From Eledone cirrhosa (lineage: Eukaryota), in contig OZ024742.1 of assembly GCA_964016885.1 (NCBI GenBank), forward strand, positions 30,318,001-30,382,000: 64,000 bases of DNA. Direction: 5' to 3'. Below are positions 57,695 to 64,000 of the stretch, in pieces. Made by a program: the position numbers and the translations under genes. Every line of letters begins with the position of its first letter. Within the stretch, counting starts at the first letter, position 1. The notes beneath the pieces are model-generated. The model did not search any database and had not been told where the DNA came from. It worked only from the letters and a program-made list of their open reading frames with translations.

Positions 57695-57695
<1 letters not shown>
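57560..57695. mobile_element. Tiny PLE-type hairpin + tail
   Basis: taatataagttcaaag / tttgatcttatatta arms; motif 57617-57641 (-). Confidence 0.55.
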
Positions 57696-58163
<468 letters not shown>

Positions 58164-58184
58164 ATATATATATATATATATATA

Positions 58185-58217
<33 letters not shown>

Positions 58218-58239
58218 GAAAGGATTTACATTTGTAAAT

Positions 58240-58765
58240 GGAGGCACATGGCTTAGTGGTTAGAGCATTGGGCTTGCAATCGAAAGGTTGTGAGTTCAAT
58301 TCTCAGACCGGGCGATGTGTTGTTTCCTTGAGCAAGACACTTTATTTCACATTGCTCCAGTTTACTCAGCTGTAGAAATGAGATGATAGGACTGGGGTCC
58401 CTATCATTCCACTGCAAAGTGGTCGTGGAGGTGCCACGGCAAAAAAGCACCCAGCACTCACTGTAAAGTGGTTGTGGAGGTGCCACGACAAAAAAGCACC
58501 CAGCCCACACTGTAAAGTGGTTGTGGAGGTGCCACGGCAAAAAAGCACTCAGCCCACACTGTAACGTGGACGTGGAGGTGCCACGGCAAAAAAGCACCCA
58601 GCCCACACTGTAAAGTGGACGTGTAGGCGCCACGGAAAAAAAGCACCCTGTAAATGAGTTTGGTGTTAGGAAGGGCATCCAGCTGTAGAAATCAAGCCAG
58701 AATCAGTTCCCGTCCCACCCTTGCAAGCAGGAAAAAGCGGACGTAAAATGAAATGAAAATGATGA
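58240..58765 (+). mobile_element. SINE with five 49-bp internal repeats
   Basis: A-box tggcttagtgg, B-box gagttcaattc; repeats 58416-58650; ggacgtaaaatga end. Confidence 0.8.
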
Positions 58766-58924
58766 AAAACCGCTCTGCTTATATTCTCGCCCGCTAAATA
58801 TTAACGCTTCCGATATTTAACCCTGTAGGCACAAGTATTGAGCACAAATGCACCAGCTTTTGGCAACTAACTATATGTATCGCTTATCCCTTTAAACCTC
58901 TACTCTCTCACGATACTAAAATAT

Positions 58925-58926
58925 TC

Positions 58927-58965
<39 letters not shown>

Positions 58966-61900
58966 CTGAGGATGTGTGTGTTAAGGTTTTTAACGGATTC
59001 ACGTCCACAATTTCCAACGGATTCTATTCAAAGTCGGGACAATTAGTGCTTTTGGTCAGGAAAAGGTTATGAAGCAAAAAAATTTCAAATCCATCAACAA
59101 TAAGGGCAAAAATCGATCATGATCATTCCCCCTCTCTATAATTTAACTGCTTTACTCTCTGTCGCTCTTCACTCCCTATATGACAACACTGCAGAGAGAG
59201 AAACAATGTTTATGATCAAATGGAGCGTTCCGTATATTCCCTTCCTCTATAATTTAACTGCTTTACTCTCTTTGTTGCTCTTCACTCCCTATATGATAAC
59301 ACTGCAGTGGAGCGTTCCGTATTGACATACGGCTTATCTGGGGCATTTTCAATCGGCTTATTGCAAATAACAACCCGCAAAATAACACTTCATATAACAG
59401 ATTAATGCTATAGACATATGAATCGGAATGTAACCCGTGAACTTTTTCCTGGGTAAAATTATTCGAACAGACATGACCTCATTGCCAGAGTGTTCAGACT
59501 GAAACTGGCTAAACTCATGGCTTTAATCAAAAAGGGTCAGGTATTTGGGGCTGTAAAATGTGACATGTTCACCGTCGAAAAACGAGGGCTGCCACATGCT
59601 CACATTTTGATTTGGTTAGCTGATAAAATCAATTCAAATGCCATAGACAGCTTCATGTCGGCTGCAATCCCTAACCCAGCAACTGACCAGGAATTATATG
59701 ACATCGTCAAAGCTAACATGGTCCGTGTGCGTTGGGTCCTAATGAGCATCACACGTATCTGGAAGGAGGGTCGTGCAGTAAGGGATACCCAAAAAAATTT
59801 GTTGACCAGACTCAGACTGGTGGCGACGGGTACCCCCTGCACAGGCGAAGACGGCCTGAGAACGGTGGCTTCACCACAACAGTAAAGGAGGGGGGGGTCA
59901 AGTCGACAATAGATGGGTGGTCCCTTACTTCCCGCTTCTCTTGAAGATGTTCAACGCCCACATCAACGTTGAGTTTTGCAACTCCGACAAGTCGATAAAA
60001 TACATATGCAAATATGTAAATAAGGGCTCTGATGCCGCAATGTTTGCATTTCAAGCTGAAAATAGCAGGGACGAGGTCACAGAATACCTGGCGGGGTGGT
60101 ATGTCAGTAGCAATGAAGCATTTTGGCGCCTATTTGGTTTACCCCTAAACTAACGTCACCACGCCATCGTACAGCTTGCGGTACATTTTGAAAATGGACA
60201 AAGGGTTTACTTTACGGACCAAACCGCCGCCAAGTTGGACGCCGATCCGAAAGAGACCACTCTGACGGGTTTCTTCAAACTTTGCCAATTCAATACATTT
60301 GCGCAAACATTTGTGTACCCCCAGGTTCCATCCTACTTTATATGGTCGAAAAACACTTGAGTGCGAAGAAAGTCAGGTCAGGCTGTTGAAAGACATCCTG
60401 ATGTAAAATTTGACAGATGTCTTGGAAGGGTTTACACTATGCCCCCAAGTCAGCATGAGTGCTTTCATCTCCGCCTTCTTCTGCATGAAGTTGTAGGCCC
60501 ACAAAGTTTTCAGGACCTCAAAACTGTTGATGGAGAAATATCTGATACGTACCGGGAAGCCTGCTTTAAGCGTGGTCTTTTGAAAGATGATTCGCAATGG
60601 GATTCCACTTTAGCAGAGGGTGCTTTGTTGAAATCACCTAAAGGTCTACGGGAACTCTTTGCCATTTTGCTTCAAAGGTGTGAATTGGGTGATCCCAAAT
60701 CTTTATGGGTCAAGTACAGAGACTTCATGTCTGAGGACTTCCTGCGCCTAGCTCATCTGCAGTATACTTCAGTGGAAGTTGGTTACAACGACATTATCTA
60801 CAACAGGGCACTCATTGATATCGAGGACGCCCTCCTCGACATGGGTGGGAGTGAGTTGGCGACGTATGGCTTGCCGTCAACCGTCAGAGAGGAAGCTAAC
60901 ACGTTGGCGCCGGGTTTGTTGCGTGAAACAGCATATGACATGGAATCTCTTTCCCAATACTTAGAGGAAAATGAGTCCAAACTTCTGTCGGACCAAAGGT
61001 TGACCTATTTAACTATCATTGACGCGATTCAAAATCAGACTGGGGGTATTTACTTTCTCGATGCTCCTGGGGGTACCGGAAAACTTTTGTAACGAAATTG
61101 ATTCTTGCTAAGATTCGTCAGGAGAAAAAAATTGCGTTGGCCGTTACATCGTCCGGGATCGCTGTTACTTTGCTGACGGGAGGCAGGACAGCACATTCAA
61201 CCTTTAAACTCCCCTTGGATTTAGTAAAAACTGAGACACCAACATGCAATATCAGCAAGAGTTCACACGAAGCTCTGGTTCTCAAAAAATGTTGCCTCAT
61301 TGTTTGGGATGAGTGCACAATGGCACACAAGGGTGCTCTTGAGGCATTGGACAGGACCCTGAAAGACATTAGGGATTCTACGGCTCCTATGGGTGGCGTA
61401 ACCCTTCTGCTATCAGGGGATTTTCGGCAAACGCTGCCTGTTATCCCCAAAGGGACACGAGCTGGTGAAGTGCGTGCCTGCCTTAAGTCGTCCATGTTGT
61501 GGCTTCAGGTGAAGAGTTTGTACCTGAGCACAAATATGCGTGCTCATTTGCATGGTGACAACATCTCTGCAGCATTTGCTCAGAACATGTTAGCACTTGG
61601 TGAGGGCAAGGTCCCTGCGGATGACACGGGCGGCATAGAAATCGACTCTCTGTGCAACATTGTGAGCAGCCCTTCTGACCTTTGGGAAGCAGTTTTTCCT
61701 AATGTCTCATCTAACTTTAAAAACCTCGATTGGCTCAGCGAAAGAGCCATCGTTGCTCCGAAAAATACCATGGTTAATTTTATTAACGAGCAGCTGATTG
61801 AGAAGTTTCCCGGTAAAGAGCCATCTTCAAATATATCGACCGGACGTCAGACCCCGACGATATCGTTAATTATCCGGTTGAGTTATTAAAATCCCTTGAG

Positions 61901-62648
61901 CTCCCAGGGCTCCCACCTCACATTCTTAAGCTTAGGGTTGGCTGTCCCATAATGCTAATAAGGAACTTGCGTCCACCAAAGCAGTGCAACGGTACTCGCA
62001 TGGTCGTCAAGTCACTGACGCCCCACTTGATCGAGGCCACCATTGTAACGGGGTGCGGGAGAGGGAAGAATGTTTTCATTCCAAGGATGAACCTTTTCCC
62101 CTCGGCGTCAGATACCCCGTTCGATTTCCGGCGATCCCAATTCCCGATGAGACCATGTTTTGCTATGTCCATTAACAAGTCACAAGGGAAAACATTGTCG
62201 GTGGCGAGCATCCATTTGGGGGAGCCAGGCTTCTCCCATGGCCAACTTTATGTTGCCTGTTCCCGCGTAGGGAGCAGGAATGGACTTTTTGCTTACACTC
62301 CTCAAGGAATGACACGCAATATCGTCTACAAAGAGGTGCTATAGATGTTGGTGCAGGTGTTGGAGGTGTTGGAGCTATGCCGTCTAGAAAACTGGTAGGG
62401 TCACCCATGGCGGACAGATCTGACACCCAGCGGCATCTTGCAACTTCGGTCTACTAAATTCGGTATTGGAAGATTATTAACCCATCATTGATTGTCCAAA
62501 ATGCTAATTGGTTCGTAACTTTTAATAACCGGTTCAACTGCTTTATGCACTTAATTGATAAGCTTATTCGCTTTCAAGCAACGTTTACCTGTATGTAACT
62601 TTTCATAGCAAATGAACAAACCCGAGCAACGCCGGGATAAACTGCTAG
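58925..62648 (+). mobile_element. Decayed, internally deleted autonomous Helitron (5' boundary uncertain)
   Basis: TC(TA)n-ctgaggatg start; cccgagcaacgccggg hairpin-CTAG|T end; RepHel remnants. Confidence 0.92.
59460..62344 (+). pseudogene. Helitron RepHel (HUH-Y2 + PIF1 helicase), frameshifted
   Basis: KRGLPHAHILIW, KYICKYVNKG, DAPGGTGK, IVWDEC, GDFRQ, FAMSINKSQG, HGQLYVACSRV. Confidence 0.95.
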
Positions 62649-62698
62649 TATATATATATATTACATGTTTACATAGTGGATATATATTGTTTTCTCTT

Positions 62699-62740
<42 letters not shown>

Positions 62741-62742
<2 letters not shown>

Positions 62743-62930
62743 ACGAAGGAGTTGTGGTAAGGAACCAGATGGACCATAACTTAGGGTAGTAGAGTGGGTA
62801 ATAGGTGAAAGTATGACCCCGACGGCAAAGCTCAAGCCGTTTCGACGGCTATTTCTGGACTGAAATAGCCGTAGAAACGACTTGAGCTCTGCTGTCGGGG
62901 TCATACTTTTTCTCCTTTCTCCTATCTCCT
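62741..62930. mobile_element. Short PLE hairpin, family of 11781-14237
   Basis: taacgaagga... tail; gaccccgacggc/gctgtcggggtc arms. Confidence 0.82.
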
Positions 62931-63034
62931 ATATATATATATATATATATATATATTTACATAGTGGATATATATTGTCTTCTCTCTCTCTATCTCTCTA
63001 TCTATCTCTCTATATCTCTATCTATCTCTCTATC

Positions 63035-63066
<32 letters not shown>

Positions 63067-63101
63067 ACTTTCTCTCTCTCTCTCTCTCTCTCACACACAT
63101 A

Positions 63102-63143
<42 letters not shown>

Positions 63144-63194
63144 TACTAAGCCTCATCCATCTATTGATTTACTTTTACAATAACCATTAACACA

Positions 63195-63510
63195 CACACC
63201 ACCACCACCACCCCATCACTACCATAACACCACCACCACCATTACTACAACACCCATACAACACCTCCACCGCCACAACAAAAGCCACCACCACCACCAC
63301 CATAAAACCATCACCACCATCATAACACCACCACCATGACCTTTACTACAACATACAGTACCACTACCACCATCTAATTCACCACCACCATAACACCACC
63401 ACCACCACCATAACCATAACACCGCCTCCACCATAATCATAACACCACCACCACCATAACCATAACACCACCACCACCACCATAACAACAACACCAACAA
63501 GAACACCACT
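63195..63510. repeat. (CAC/CAT)n
   Basis: Trinucleotide repeats. Confidence 0.85.
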
Positions 63511-63768
63511 GCCAGTTTTCTTCACCGTTGACTTGTTTTCTTTTTGTTGTCTATCTATCTGAGGAAGATGAACAGAGGGAAGACAGGAACACCTACAAAA
63601 CGTGTTCCTGGTGTTGAGGGTTGTTCTATCCACGGGGTGTAAAACAACCCTGCAGTAACGTTCCCCCTATTGGGGATTTCAATGTTAAAGTTATTTTTAT
63701 GTAAAAACCCCGCCGTCACGTCTTGTAATGTCCCAATTTTGTACGCCCCTGTGGCAAATAAAGAAAGA

Positions 63769-63822
<54 letters not shown>

Positions 63823-64000
63823 CCTATCTGTCTGTCTGTCTGTCTGTCTAGCTATCTGTCTATCGACCTGGGGAACTACGCGGAACAACAGCTGTCGCGT
63901 ATGGGACAAATCCAGTTGACTGCCGAGTCCATAGTAAGGATCAAACCGCCAGCCTCTTTCAAAAACGAAAGAGAAGCGGTTTTCCTCTGTATAGTGGCTA

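Noticed and set aside
58242-58310. tRNA gene
   Set aside because: A/B boxes are present but continue into a multi-copy SINE body; no full cloverleaf.
63850-64000. Possible repeat end next to (CTAT)n
   Set aside because: Truncated by the window edge; no diagnostic motif.

Overview
Eukaryotic, AT-rich, microsatellite-saturated DNA, probably cephalopod (Octopus-like SINEs; inferred, not proven). No host gene is recognisable, and nearly all listed ORFs are microsatellite translations. Recognisable elements: a decayed near full-length Tx1/L1-clade LINE containing a probable solo LTR, R4/Dong and RTE LINE fragments, one decayed autonomous and two non-autonomous Helitrons, a mariner end, MITE-like pieces, tRNA-derived SINEs and satellites. 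Main signal: at least a dozen sequence-unrelated Penelope-like element (PLE) 3' ends in (TA)n tracts. Most are asymmetric head-to-head inverted repeats (short arm; long arm plus 40-140 nt tail), and many carry hammerhead ribozymes, often the U3-A8 core variant. At 13 sites a shared covarying bulged hairpin occurs (RYUY-stem-loop-stem-UH-GAGY), usually 3-10 nt past the end of the short arm. It is a candidate undescribed cis RNA element positioning internal reverse-transcription priming. Coordinates were read by eye and may be off by a few bases.
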